From Acidimicrobiia bacterium (GTDB taxonomy: Bacteria; Actinomycetota; Acidimicrobiia; Spongiisociales; ZC4RG35): DNA of 64,000 nucleotides. The DNA is taken from positions 326 to 64,325 of the forward strand of contig JBOGEV010000012.1 in NCBI GenBank assembly GCA_050742015.1, read 5' to 3'. Positions 17,656 through 26,074 of the stretch are shown in pieces (positions within the stretch are counted from its first letter, which is position 1; the number at the start of each line of letters is the position of its first letter). The position numbers were made by a program, and so were the translations under genes. The notes below the pieces were generated by a model. It worked only from the letters and a program-made list of their open reading frames with translations. It did not search any database and was not told the DNA's origin.

Positions 17656-18164
17656 TCTTCGTCCGGTTCGACCTTGGGCAGGGCCCGGTCCAGCCTCTTG
17701 ACCGCTTCTTCGTCGTCGATCTCGAGGCTGAAGGCCAGCTCCGAGCTGAGGGTGAGCCGGGCCTTGGACAACATCCTCTTCAGAGCCGGGCTGATCCCTT
17801 TCGTCTGCTGGGCAAACGAGAGGTCACGAACCACCTCGGCCACCTGGAAGATGTCTCCGGACGTCATCTTCTCGTTGAGGACCTTGTACCAGCGGCTCCA
17901 GTTCGACCCGGCTTCCTCGGGCTCGCCCTTGAGCGACTTGAGCACGTCGCGCGACCTGGTCTTGGAGATGACAGGGCGAATCAGGTCGTCGACCTTGTCC
18001 AGGGGGACCATCACTGTCAGTTGCTCGGTGGCGATGTCGAGGACGAAGTAGTCCTGTTTCTTGCCTCCGAAAGCCTGCTTTACCTTTTTCTGGATGGTGG
18101 CCGCTCCGTGCTGCGGATGGACCACCTTGTCGCCTACCGAGTATTTGGTTGCTGCTGAAGCCAT
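17652..18164 (-). CDS. carD: CarD-family transcriptional regulator
   Basis: N-terminal KYSVGDKVVHPQHGAATI (CarD/TRCF RID-like). 170 aa. Start/stop overlap with ispF. Confidence 0.9.
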   Translation of the reverse strand: MASAATKYSVGDKVVHPQHGAATIQKKVKQAFGGKKQDYFVLDIATEQLTVMVPLDKVDDLIRPVISKTRSRDVLKSLKGEPEEAGSNWSRWYKVLNEKMTSGDIFQVAEVVRDLSFAQQTKGISPALKRMLSKARLTLSSELAFSLEIDDEEAVKRLDRALPKVEPDEE

Positions 18165-18195
18165 ATGCGGGAGCGGAGTGTACCGGTGCCCGTTT

Positions 18196-19257
18196 TCAAT
18201 CCAGGACCGGCGCCCATTCGTCGGCCTTGTCCAGCAGCCGCTCGAAGTACGCCTTCAGCTGACCTGCCCTCGTTTCACCCACCCCTTCAACCTTGAGCAG
18301 GTCCTCGACATCGGCCCGGAGCAGCCGCGACACCGACCCGAAGTGCTTGATGATGTCGTCGCGCACCGAGTCGGGGAGACGACCCACCTGGGAGAGGATG
18401 CGATAGCCCCGTGGCTCGGCCGGGTCGTCGAGGTCGGGGAAGTCCAGCTCCTTGCCCACCCGACTCGGATCCTCGAGGTCGGTCCCGGTCAAACCGCTCA
18501 GGTCTTCCATCGCCTGGCGGACGGTGCTCGACCGGAGCGGCTTGACATAGTCACGGAGCACCGCCCGTTTGGTGAAATCGACGCCGGCGAGGAGATCGTT
18601 CAACTGGAGATAGACGATGCGCCCCTCCTCTCCCAGGGTGAGGGTCCTGGCCTCGACCACCCGACCCAGGCGCTCCACCAACTCTGCTCGTTGGAGCACG
18701 GTGACAGCTGGGCGGTAGGTGGCGATGTCGGCCACTTCGAGACGGGTCAGCCTGGTCTCTGCGTCGTCGAGACGGCTCCGCAGCCGATCAAGGCTCTGCA
18801 GCTCCTGATTGACGTGCGCGGCTACCTCGGTCGGCGATGCAAGCTCGATCTTCTGGCCGCTGTAGAAGAGAGTGGCCACCTTTCGCCCCTCGCTGACCGC
18901 CACCACCGGCTTTCCGGTCTGGAACGCCATCCTCTCCGCGGTGCGGTGACGGGCGCCGGTCTCGTCGGTCGGGATAGAGCCTTCGGGGACGAAGTGAACG
19001 GCGGCCTCGAGAATGGTCGACCAGGAGTCGTCGAGGACGATCCCACCGTCCATCTTGGACAGCTCCGCGAGTCGTGCCGGGCTGAAAGGAGCCGACTTGA
19101 GCGAGAAACCTCCCGAGCTGGCCTCGGTCACCTCGGCCCCGTCGCCGAGGACGACCAGCCCGCCCTTGCCCTGTTGGATGATGCGCTCCAGGGCACGACG
19201 CATGGGTGTGCCCGGTGCCAAACGCTCGAGCGTTTCTGTTATCGACGGACCACCCAC
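18196..19257 (-). CDS. disA: DNA integrity scanning protein DisA (diadenylate cyclase)
   Basis: DAC domain (LAPGTPMRRALERIIQQGKGGLVVLG; RHRTAERM) and a C-terminal HhH. Start set to the GTG at 19257 (alternative ATG at 19203). The upstream 133 codons of the ORF-track version are low-complexity read-through of a repeat region. Confidence 0.85.
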   Translation of the reverse strand: MGGPSITETLERLAPGTPMRRALERIIQQGKGGLVVLGDGAEVTEASSGGFSLKSAPFSPARLAELSKMDGGIVLDDSWSTILEAAVHFVPEGSIPTDETGARHRTAERMAFQTGKPVVAVSEGRKVATLFYSGQKIELASPTEVAAHVNQELQSLDRLRSRLDDAETRLTRLEVADIATYRPAVTVLQRAELVERLGRVVEARTLTLGEEGRIVYLQLNDLLAGVDFTKRAVLRDYVKPLRSSTVRQAMEDLSGLTGTDLEDPSRVGKELDFPDLDDPAEPRGYRILSQVGRLPDSVRDDIIKHFGSVSRLLRADVEDLLKVEGVGETRAGQLKAYFERLLDKADEWAPVLD

Positions 19258-19311
19258 GGACTCAGAGTAGTTGATTCCCTTCTTCCCCGGCAGGGAGAGA
19301 AGCGAAGGGAC

Positions 19312-19380
19312 CTGGCCACCTGTGGCCAGAAAACGCCCCCCTCCGACCCTCCGGGCCACCTCCCCTCCGGGGGAGGACAC
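19312..19380 (-). repeat. Two-hairpin intergenic module, copy 2 (radA-disA spacer)
   Basis: Minus-strand RNA: GUGU-CCUCCCC-CGGA-GGGGAGG ... GGCGUUUU-CUGGCCAC-AG-GUGGCCAG. It shares a 16-nt identical block GTGGCCAGAAAACGCC and CCGGGG(G)AGGACAC with copy 1. Confidence 0.8.
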
Positions 19381-19439
19381 GTGGCTCCCTGGTTCTCGCC
19401 CCGCAAGGGGGAGTGCTCGCGGAGCCGGGGCGGGGGGAT

Positions 19440-19485
19440 CTGAGCCACGCGTGGCCAGAAAACGCCTTCCGTCCGGGGAGGACAC
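19440..19485 (-). repeat. Two-hairpin intergenic module, copy 1 (radA-disA spacer)
   Basis: Minus-strand RNA: GUGUCCUCCCCGGACGGAAGGCGUUUUCUGGCCACGCGUGGCUCAG. Shorter version of the module, with a bulged second hairpin. Confidence 0.8.
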
Positions 19486-19496
19486 TGGAACGGCGA

Positions 19497-20792
19497 TCAG
19501 CGGAGACCGGCCCGCTCCAAGGCATCGCCCAACCGCATCGGTTGGCCGCCCAGGGGGGCGATCCGGTTCTCCAACCCCATGCGATCGAGTTCCTCGATCC
19601 GCCGGGTCTCCATCGGGATGGAGCGCACCTCGCCGACGAGCCCGATCTCCCCCCACGCCGCCAAGCGGCCCAAAGGATGGTCGGCATAGGAAGAGGCAAT
19701 TGCCAGCGCCACCGCCAGGTCACAACCTGGCTCGTCGAGACGCCACCCGCCCACCACGTTGACATAGACCTCCTTGTCGTGGAGGGTCAGATCGCTGTGA
19801 CGGTCGAGAACGGCCAGAACCTGGTTGACCCGGGTTGGATCGAGGCCCCGAATCGATCGTCTCGGTTGCGCCTGGTTGGTCGGCGAGACGAGAGCCTGGA
19901 TTTCGACCAGGATCGATCGCCGCCCTTCTACCGCCGGGTAGATCACGGTGCCGGGGACGTCGGATTCCCATCCATCGAGAAACAGCTTGGACGGATCGTC
20001 GACCTCCCTGAGGCCTTCGCTCCTCATGTCGAACATCCCCGAGACGTGGGTGGCCCCGAAACGGTTCTTGATGCTGCGCAACACCCGGAACCCACGGTCG
20101 GGGTCGCCTTCGAGATACAAGACGACATCGACCATGTGCTCCAGCATCTTGGGCCCGGCCAAGCCCCCCTCCTTGGTCACATGGCCAACCAGGACCACAG
20201 CCACCCCGGTCGTCTTGGCGAGTCTGACCAGTCTCGCCGCGCTCTCCCGCACCTGGGCCACCCCACCCGGGGCAGCACCGATCTCGGGGACACCAACGGT
20301 CTGGATCGAGTCGACGACCAGCAATGCCGGGCGCTCCCGTTCGGCGAGAGCCACGATGGCATCCACGTCGTCGTCGGAGACCAGGCTTATCGAGTCGTCG
20401 GCGATCCCGAGCCGGGAGGCACGCATGGCAACCTGGTCCGCCGACTCCTCGGCGCTGGCGACGACCACGGCCCGGCCGCCGCCGGCCACGGCGCCGGCCA
20501 TCTGAAGCAACAAGGTCGACTTGCCCACCCCGGGCTCCCCGCCGAGTAGCAGCACAGAGCCGGCGACGATGCCCCCACCCAATACCCGGTCGATCTCACC
20601 CCACGAGGTCGGTCGGCGCTCCTGGGTGCGCTCGGCAGCGGCCCGCAGCCCGACCACAGCGGCCGCCCTGGCCGTCGAGCGAACGGTGCCCGAGTCTTCG
20701 ACCAATGGGTCCATGGACCCACATTGGGGGCAAAAGCCCATCCATTTGGCCGATTTGTGGCCGCAAGTGTCACATCTGAATGCCATCCGCAT
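19497..20792 (-). CDS. radA: DNA repair protein RadA/Sms
   Basis: N-terminal zinc ribbon CDTCGHKSAKWMGFCPQCG, Walker A GEPGVGKST, KNRFG motif and Lon-like C-terminal domain. Confidence 0.95.
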   Translation of the reverse strand: MRMAFRCDTCGHKSAKWMGFCPQCGSMDPLVEDSGTVRSTARAAAVVGLRAAAERTQERRPTSWGEIDRVLGGGIVAGSVLLLGGEPGVGKSTLLLQMAGAVAGGGRAVVVASAEESADQVAMRASRLGIADDSISLVSDDDVDAIVALAERERPALLVVDSIQTVGVPEIGAAPGGVAQVRESAARLVRLAKTTGVAVVLVGHVTKEGGLAGPKMLEHMVDVVLYLEGDPDRGFRVLRSIKNRFGATHVSGMFDMRSEGLREVDDPSKLFLDGWESDVPGTVIYPAVEGRRSILVEIQALVSPTNQAQPRRSIRGLDPTRVNQVLAVLDRHSDLTLHDKEVYVNVVGGWRLDEPGCDLAVALAIASSYADHPLGRLAAWGEIGLVGEVRSIPMETRRIEELDRMGLENRIAPLGGQPMRLGDALERAGLR

Positions 20793-20955
20793 ACCTTTAG
20801 AGTTAACGATTGCGCTGCCGAACGACGAAAATCAAGGCAGCCACAAGTGCCAGGAAAACGATCGTCGAGGTCAGGATTGTGGCGACCGTCCAGGGCTCAT
20901 GACTTCTAATCGCCCACAGAAACATCCCATGGCACAATAACTACGAAGGAGGGAT

Positions 20956-21972
20956 GTGGCCTCTCGCAGATGTGATCAATGCGGCGCGAACGTCGCGGCC
21001 GACGAACAGTTCTGCCCTAATTGCGGGTCGTTTCTCGACCCGTTGGAGCCGGGTGCCGCCCGGACCAGGGAGAATGTGATCTCGGTCAACTCGGACGGCA
21101 ACTACGAGGAGTTCGAGCTGGGCGCTCCGCCGAGCGGCTCTGAGCGTGGCGGTTCGGGCGCCGGTGCGGGCGAGGTCATATGCCCCTCTTGTGGTGCGGC
21201 GAACCCGGCCAACAACCGTCATTGCCAGGAGTGCGGTGCCCGCATCAGCCAGGGGCCGCTCCCGACCGCGCCCCGGCCTGCGGTTCAGGCCACGGCGGGG
21301 GTGCGGGCAGCACTGGCCATCAGCGCTCTCCTCTTCGGGGTCGTTGTCATCGCCCTTCTCTTCAACATCTTCAATGGCGATCAGGAAGCTTCGGCCACCA
21401 CGACGACCGCCGGCAGCACCACCAGCACCGCCATCGCCGAGTTGGCCCCAATCGACATTCTGACCGTCGAGTGCAGCAGGGAGGCCATCGGCTCCTTCGT
21501 CTGCGGCAATCTCATCGACGGTACCGCGGCCGAGTACCAGTTCGACTGGGAGGAGGTGCCGGAGGGCGAGGCGGTGACGATCCGGTTGATCTTCGATCGG
21601 CCGACAGTCGTGCAGCGGGTCGATTGGGTCAACCTGGAGGACGCCACCCAGCTCAAACGGAACTACCGGGCCCGGGGAATCGTGCTCAACGCCGACAACT
21701 CGATCCAGCCTGTCCCCCTCCAGCTGGAAGACCTTGCCGGGAGTCAGCCAATTCCCTTCGCGGCCCTCGACGCCACTTCGGTCGACATCACGATCGAAAG
21801 CGCATACCTGGCCGAAGTGGTCGACGACAACAGGTTCACCGAGATGGCGATCCAAGAGATCCGGGTGATCGGCCGCCCCGGCACCACCACCAACGGCACG
21901 ACCGGAACAACCGTGACCACGATCCCGGGCTCCACCACCACCGTCCCCGCCACCACCACGGTGGCGCCCTGA
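20956..21972 (+). CDS. Double zinc-ribbon membrane protein with extracytoplasmic discoidin/F5-8-C-like domain
   Basis: Two CxxC...CxxC ribbons (CDQCGANV..CPNCG; CPSCGAAN..CQECG), one TM helix (ALAISALLFGVVVIALLF), a beta-rich domain and a Thr-rich tail. GTG start follows AAGGAGG. Confidence 0.65.
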   Translation: MASRRCDQCGANVAADEQFCPNCGSFLDPLEPGAARTRENVISVNSDGNYEEFELGAPPSGSERGGSGAGAGEVICPSCGAANPANNRHCQECGARISQGPLPTAPRPAVQATAGVRAALAISALLFGVVVIALLFNIFNGDQEASATTTTAGSTTSTAIAELAPIDILTVECSREAIGSFVCGNLIDGTAAEYQFDWEEVPEGEAVTIRLIFDRPTVVQRVDWVNLEDATQLKRNYRARGIVLNADNSIQPVPLQLEDLAGSQPIPFAALDATSVDITIESAYLAEVVDDNRFTEMAIQEIRVIGRPGTTTNGTTGTTVTTIPGSTTTVPATTTVAP

Positions 21973-21990
21973 ATCCGTTTCTCTGTCGTC

Positions 21991-22012
21991 GTAGCGCCAC
22001 ATATGGCGCTAC
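21991..22012. terminator. Hairpin GTAGCGCC-ACATAT-GGCGCTAC between convergent genes
   Basis: Perfect 8-bp stem and 6-nt loop, 19 nt after the 21972 stop and 17 nt before the convergent 22029 stop. No U-tract. It shares the CCACATATGG core with the repeats flanking the DUF559 gene. Confidence 0.5.
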
Positions 22013-22028
22013 GTACCTCAGGTAAGAC

Positions 22029-23294
22029 TCACTCCTTGATGTACGGCTGGCCGTCGGCGGCGGGGGGTCGGGCGGCGCCGACGACGCCGGCCACGACGAC
22101 GATGGTCACCAGATAGGGGGCCATCAGCAGGAACTCGGAGGGGATGCCGGAGTCGAGGATGGCCAGCTTCACCTGGAGCGCGTCGGCGAAGCCGAAAACC
22201 AAGGCCGCGGCCAGGGCCCCGACCGGGTGCCAGCGGCCGAAGATCATGGCCGCCAGCCCGATGTACCCCCGACCACCGGTCATGTTCTCGTTGAAGGCGC
22301 CGACCGATCCCAAGGTGAAGTAGGCGCCGCCGAAGCCGGCGATCATGCCGCCCAGGATCACGTTGACGTATCGCCTGTGGAATACGTTGATCCCCAGGGT
22401 GTCCGCCGCCTTGGGATGCTCGCCGACCGCCCGGGAGCGAAGGCCCCACCGGGTCTTGAATAGGCCGTAGGTCATGACGGCCACGATGATGAACATGGCA
22501 TAGACGAAGATGTTCTGCTCGAAGAACAGCCGACCGAGAACCGGGATCTCGCTCAGGATCGGGATCGGGATCGGCCCCAGCACCCCAGGGCTGTTGTACT
22601 CGGCGGAGTTCTCAACCAAAACCTGGGCGCTGAGAAACGAGGTCAGGCCCAGGGCAAAGATGTTGATCACCACACCGGCGATGATCTGATCGACCCGGTA
22701 CTTGATGGCGAGGACAGCCAGCCCCGCCGCCATCAAACCGCCGGCGAGCGTGGCCCCGAGTATCCCCACGAACGGGCCGACAATGGTTCCCATCACCGCG
22801 CCGGCGAAGGCACCGGTGAGCAACATCCCCTCGATCCCGATGTTGATCACGGCGACCCGCTCACACATGACACCTGACAGAGCGCCGAACGCGATCGGAG
22901 TCGCGGCCCTGATCGAGCCGTCGAGCATCCCGACCAGGCTGAGCGATTTTCCGGCGGCGGCGAAACCGAGGAAGGCGAAGGCGAATATCCCCAGGGCGAT
23001 GGCCAAGGCCACGTTGCTCCACCGACCGATCCCCCTGGTCAGCTCCCACCCGCCGAGGAACCCGAATACGACCGCCGAGAATGTGGCCAGCCCCTGGGAG
23101 GAGACCGTCCAATCCAGGTCACCGGCCACTTCCCCGAGTCGAAAGACGACGTCGCCTTCGGTCCCCGATGCCAGGAAGGCGTAGGTGAGGACGGCCAGGA
23201 TCAGATAGACGATCCCCCTGATTCGGGCACGCCGCACCTCGGCCGGAGCCCGAACCAGTGTCGGCGTGTCGGCTACGGCCGTCATGTCGACCAA
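22029..23294 (-). CDS. ABC transporter permease (BMP/nucleoside-type, NupQ/YufQ-like)
   Basis: 421-aa polytopic permease, last gene of a four-gene BMP-type ABC operon. Confidence 0.8.
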   Translation of the reverse strand: MVDMTAVADTPTLVRAPAEVRRARIRGIVYLILAVLTYAFLASGTEGDVVFRLGEVAGDLDWTVSSQGLATFSAVVFGFLGGWELTRGIGRWSNVALAIALGIFAFAFLGFAAAGKSLSLVGMLDGSIRAATPIAFGALSGVMCERVAVINIGIEGMLLTGAFAGAVMGTIVGPFVGILGATLAGGLMAAGLAVLAIKYRVDQIIAGVVINIFALGLTSFLSAQVLVENSAEYNSPGVLGPIPIPILSEIPVLGRLFFEQNIFVYAMFIIVAVMTYGLFKTRWGLRSRAVGEHPKAADTLGINVFHRRYVNVILGGMIAGFGGAYFTLGSVGAFNENMTGGRGYIGLAAMIFGRWHPVGALAAALVFGFADALQVKLAILDSGIPSEFLLMAPYLVTIVVVAGVVGAARPPAADGQPYIKE

Positions 23295-24460
23295 CCCCTT
23301 GTCAGTTGCCCGGTCTCCTTGCCCCCCTTGACCCGGTAGATCGCCCGCACCAGTTCGGGAGCCGCGATGAACACGATGATCAGGGCCTGGATGATGATGA
23401 TCAGGTCGATCCCGACCTCACTCTGCACCTGCATGGTGCGACCGCCGGCCCGAAGCGCGCCAAAGAGAATGGCGGCAAGCACGACACCGCCAGGATGGGA
23501 TCGCCCGAGCAGGGCGAGTGCAATTGCATCGAAACCGATGGCGGCGGTGAAGCCGGGAGTCGCCCGCTGCAGGACCCCAAGTGTCTCGTTGCCGCCGGCC
23601 ATGCCGGCCAGCCCGCCGGACAACACCATGACCAGGATGATCGCCATGGACACGCTCATCCCGCCGTACTTGGCGGCGTGGGGGTTGGCACCGACGGTAC
23701 GGAACTCGAAGCCCCACGTCGTCTTGAACAAGATCCAATACACCAGCCAGGCCATGGCCAGCGCGATCAGGAAGCCGAGATGTACCCGAAGTCGGCCCGC
23801 ATCGACGATTGGGAGCCAGGTGAGGATGGGAGGAAGACGCGCCGAGGGCAGCACATCTCTCGATATCGGGTCGAATCGCCCTTCTGGCTGGATCCAGGGG
23901 AGCTTCAGCATGTAATCGAGGAGGCGGAACGCGATGTAGTTGAGCATGATCGTCACGATCACCTCATGGGCACCGGTCTTGGCACGCAGGAAACCCGGGA
24001 TGAAGCCCCATATGGCCCCTCCGAGGAACCCGGCAAGAACGGCAAGCGGCAGATGGACGACGGCCGGCAATCCGGTGATGGAGAAGCCGACGATGACTGC
24101 GGTGAGGCCGCCAATGGTCATCTGACCCTCGGCGCCGATGTTGAACAGACCGGCGCGGAAGCCGATGGCGACGGCGAGACCCGCCAGGATCAGCGGCGTG
24201 GACACCAGCAGGGTCTCGGAGATGGAGCTCCAGCCGACGAATGCGCCGGTGAACAGGGCTCGGTACGCGGGCCAGATCTCGCCCAGGCCCTCGGTGAGGG
24301 CGATGAAGATCGCCCCGATGATCAGTGCGCTCAACACCGCCAGCAGCGGGATCACGAAGAGCGAGCGCCAGTCGACGTCCTTGGGCGCGATCCGGTCGAG
24401 CCACGAAGGACGATCGGGCTGCTCCGGCTCCTGAGTCACGGTCTCCGTGGTCTGGCTCAT
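23282..24460 (-). CDS. ABC transporter permease (BMP/nucleoside-type, NupP/YufP-like)
   Basis: 392-aa polytopic permease that overlaps both neighbouring genes. Confidence 0.8.
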   Translation of the reverse strand: MSQTTETVTQEPEQPDRPSWLDRIAPKDVDWRSLFVIPLLAVLSALIIGAIFIALTEGLGEIWPAYRALFTGAFVGWSSISETLLVSTPLILAGLAVAIGFRAGLFNIGAEGQMTIGGLTAVIVGFSITGLPAVVHLPLAVLAGFLGGAIWGFIPGFLRAKTGAHEVIVTIMLNYIAFRLLDYMLKLPWIQPEGRFDPISRDVLPSARLPPILTWLPIVDAGRLRVHLGFLIALAMAWLVYWILFKTTWGFEFRTVGANPHAAKYGGMSVSMAIILVMVLSGGLAGMAGGNETLGVLQRATPGFTAAIGFDAIALALLGRSHPGGVVLAAILFGALRAGGRTMQVQSEVGIDLIIIIQALIIVFIAAPELVRAIYRVKGGKETGQLTRGWST

Positions 24461-25965
24461 GGGTTTCCACCGGCCATGGCCAGACCGAGATCTGCCGCCG
24501 TTGCCTCCGAACCGGCCACTTCGGCCACGATCTGACCCCGGTACATGACCAGGATGCGGTCGGCCAGGGCCATCACCTCGTCGAGCTCGCTGGACACGAT
24601 CAGCACCGCGGCCCCTTCGTCACGCTCCTCGACGATGCGCTGGTGGATGTACTCGATGGAACCGACATCGATGCCCCGGGTCGGCTGGGAGGCAATGATC
24701 AGCTTGGTGTCGCGGGCGAACTCCCTGGCGACGATCAGCTTCTGCTGGTTGCCTCCCGACAGCGAGCCCGCGGTTACCTGAGCGGATGGGGTGCGGATGT
24801 CGTATTGCTCGATCAGCTCATCTGCGTGACGTCTCGCCTCGTCCCAGTCCATCACGATCCCTTTGCTGTAGGGCCTGGCGTAGTACGAGTCGAGGACCAG
24901 GTTCTCGGCGAGATCGAATGAGAGCACCAGACCATCCCGCTGGCGGTCCTCGGGGACGTGGGCAACGTCGAGCTGGTGGAGACGACGCGGGGAGGTCAGG
25001 GTGATGTCTTCACCGGCCATGGTCACCGAACCGGCGAGTGGGACGATCAGGCCGGTGATCGCCTCGACCAACTCGGTCTGGCCATTGCCCTGGACCCCCG
25101 CTATCCCGACGATCTCCCCTGAGCGAACTTCAAAGCTGACGTCGTTGACTGCATTGTGGAGACGCTCGTCCTGAACCACCAGGTTCTTGACCGACAGGAC
25201 CACGTCCTTGGGCTGCGCGATGTCCTTGTCGACCTCGAGGTCCACCGGTCTCCCCACCATCAGCTCGGCGAGTGATTCTCGGGTGACGCTCGCCGGCTCT
25301 GCCTCACCAACGATCTTCCCCCGCCGCAGGACGGCGATTCGGTCCGCGATCTCGAGCATCTCCCCCAATTTGTGAGTGATGAAGATGATCCCCTTGCCGC
25401 TCTCTCTCAGGCCGCGCACGATCCCGAAGAAGTCCTCGACCTCCTGGGGCGTGAGCACCGAGGTCGGTTCGTCGAAGACGATGATCTCCGCGTCCCGGAA
25501 CAGGACCTTGATGATCTCGATGCGTTGTTGGATCCCCACCGGAAGATCTTCGACGACGGCGTCGGGGTCCACAGCCAGCCCGTATTTCGAGGAGATCTCC
25601 CTGACCTCCTTGCGGGCCTCGTCCATGTCGATGTGCCCGAGCGGGCCCACAGTCGGCTCCACTCCGAGTACCACGTTCTCGGTCACGTCGAACACCGGCA
25701 CCAGCATGAAGTGCTGGTGCACCATCCCGATGCCGGCGGCGATGGCGTCCCCTGGGCCGGCGAAGTCCATCTTCTCACCGTCCATGAGGATTTCGCCCTC
25801 GTCGGCCCCGTAGAGCCCGTAGAGGATGTTCATCAGGGTGGTCTTGCCGGCCCCGTTCTCACCGAGCAGGCCGACGATCTCGCCGGAGCTGACCGTGAGG
25901 TCGACCGAGTCGTTCGCCACCACGCCGGGAAAGCGTTTGGTGACGTTCTTCAACTCCAGCCTCAC
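24457..25965 (-). CDS. ABC transporter ATP-binding protein with duplicated ATPase domains (BMP/nucleoside-type)
   Basis: Two Walker A sites (GENGAGKTT; GVQGNGQT) and two signature motifs (QQRIEI; LSGGNQQK). Start set to the GTG at 25965, which follows GAAGGGG. The longer ORF-track N-terminus overlaps the upstream gene's 3' end and a hairpin. Confidence 0.85.
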   Translation of the reverse strand: MRLELKNVTKRFPGVVANDSVDLTVSSGEIVGLLGENGAGKTTLMNILYGLYGADEGEILMDGEKMDFAGPGDAIAAGIGMVHQHFMLVPVFDVTENVVLGVEPTVGPLGHIDMDEARKEVREISSKYGLAVDPDAVVEDLPVGIQQRIEIIKVLFRDAEIIVFDEPTSVLTPQEVEDFFGIVRGLRESGKGIIFITHKLGEMLEIADRIAVLRRGKIVGEAEPASVTRESLAELMVGRPVDLEVDKDIAQPKDVVLSVKNLVVQDERLHNAVNDVSFEVRSGEIVGIAGVQGNGQTELVEAITGLIVPLAGSVTMAGEDITLTSPRRLHQLDVAHVPEDRQRDGLVLSFDLAENLVLDSYYARPYSKGIVMDWDEARRHADELIEQYDIRTPSAQVTAGSLSGGNQQKLIVAREFARDTKLIIASQPTRGIDVGSIEYIHQRIVEERDEGAAVLIVSSELDEVMALADRILVMYRGQIVAEVAGSEATAADLGLAMAGGNP

Positions 25966-26027
25966 GTAACCCCTTCGTCCCGGGAGCGTTGCGAGCATAC
26001 ACAGGCTTCTCGACGCCGCCCCAACGA

Positions 26028-26056
26028 GAAGGGCCCCCGCCAGGCGGGGGCCCTTC
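26028..26056 (-). terminator. Strong GC hairpin between the binding-protein gene and the ATPase gene (partial terminator / mRNA stabiliser candidate)
   Basis: GAAGGGCCCCCGC-CAG-GCGGGGGCCCTTC, a perfect 13-bp stem. It lies 19 nt downstream of the 26075 stop. Only a weak U run follows on the minus strand. Confidence 0.55.
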
Positions 26057-26074
26057 CGATCGAATCGGGTCGGA

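Noticed and set aside
19258-19496. c-di-AMP (ydaO-type) riboswitch in front of disA
   Set aside because: This was attractive because DisA makes c-di-AMP and the spacer has two-fold repetition. However, I could not find the conserved ydaO core sequences by eye. It is kept only as an unexplained repeat in the findings.
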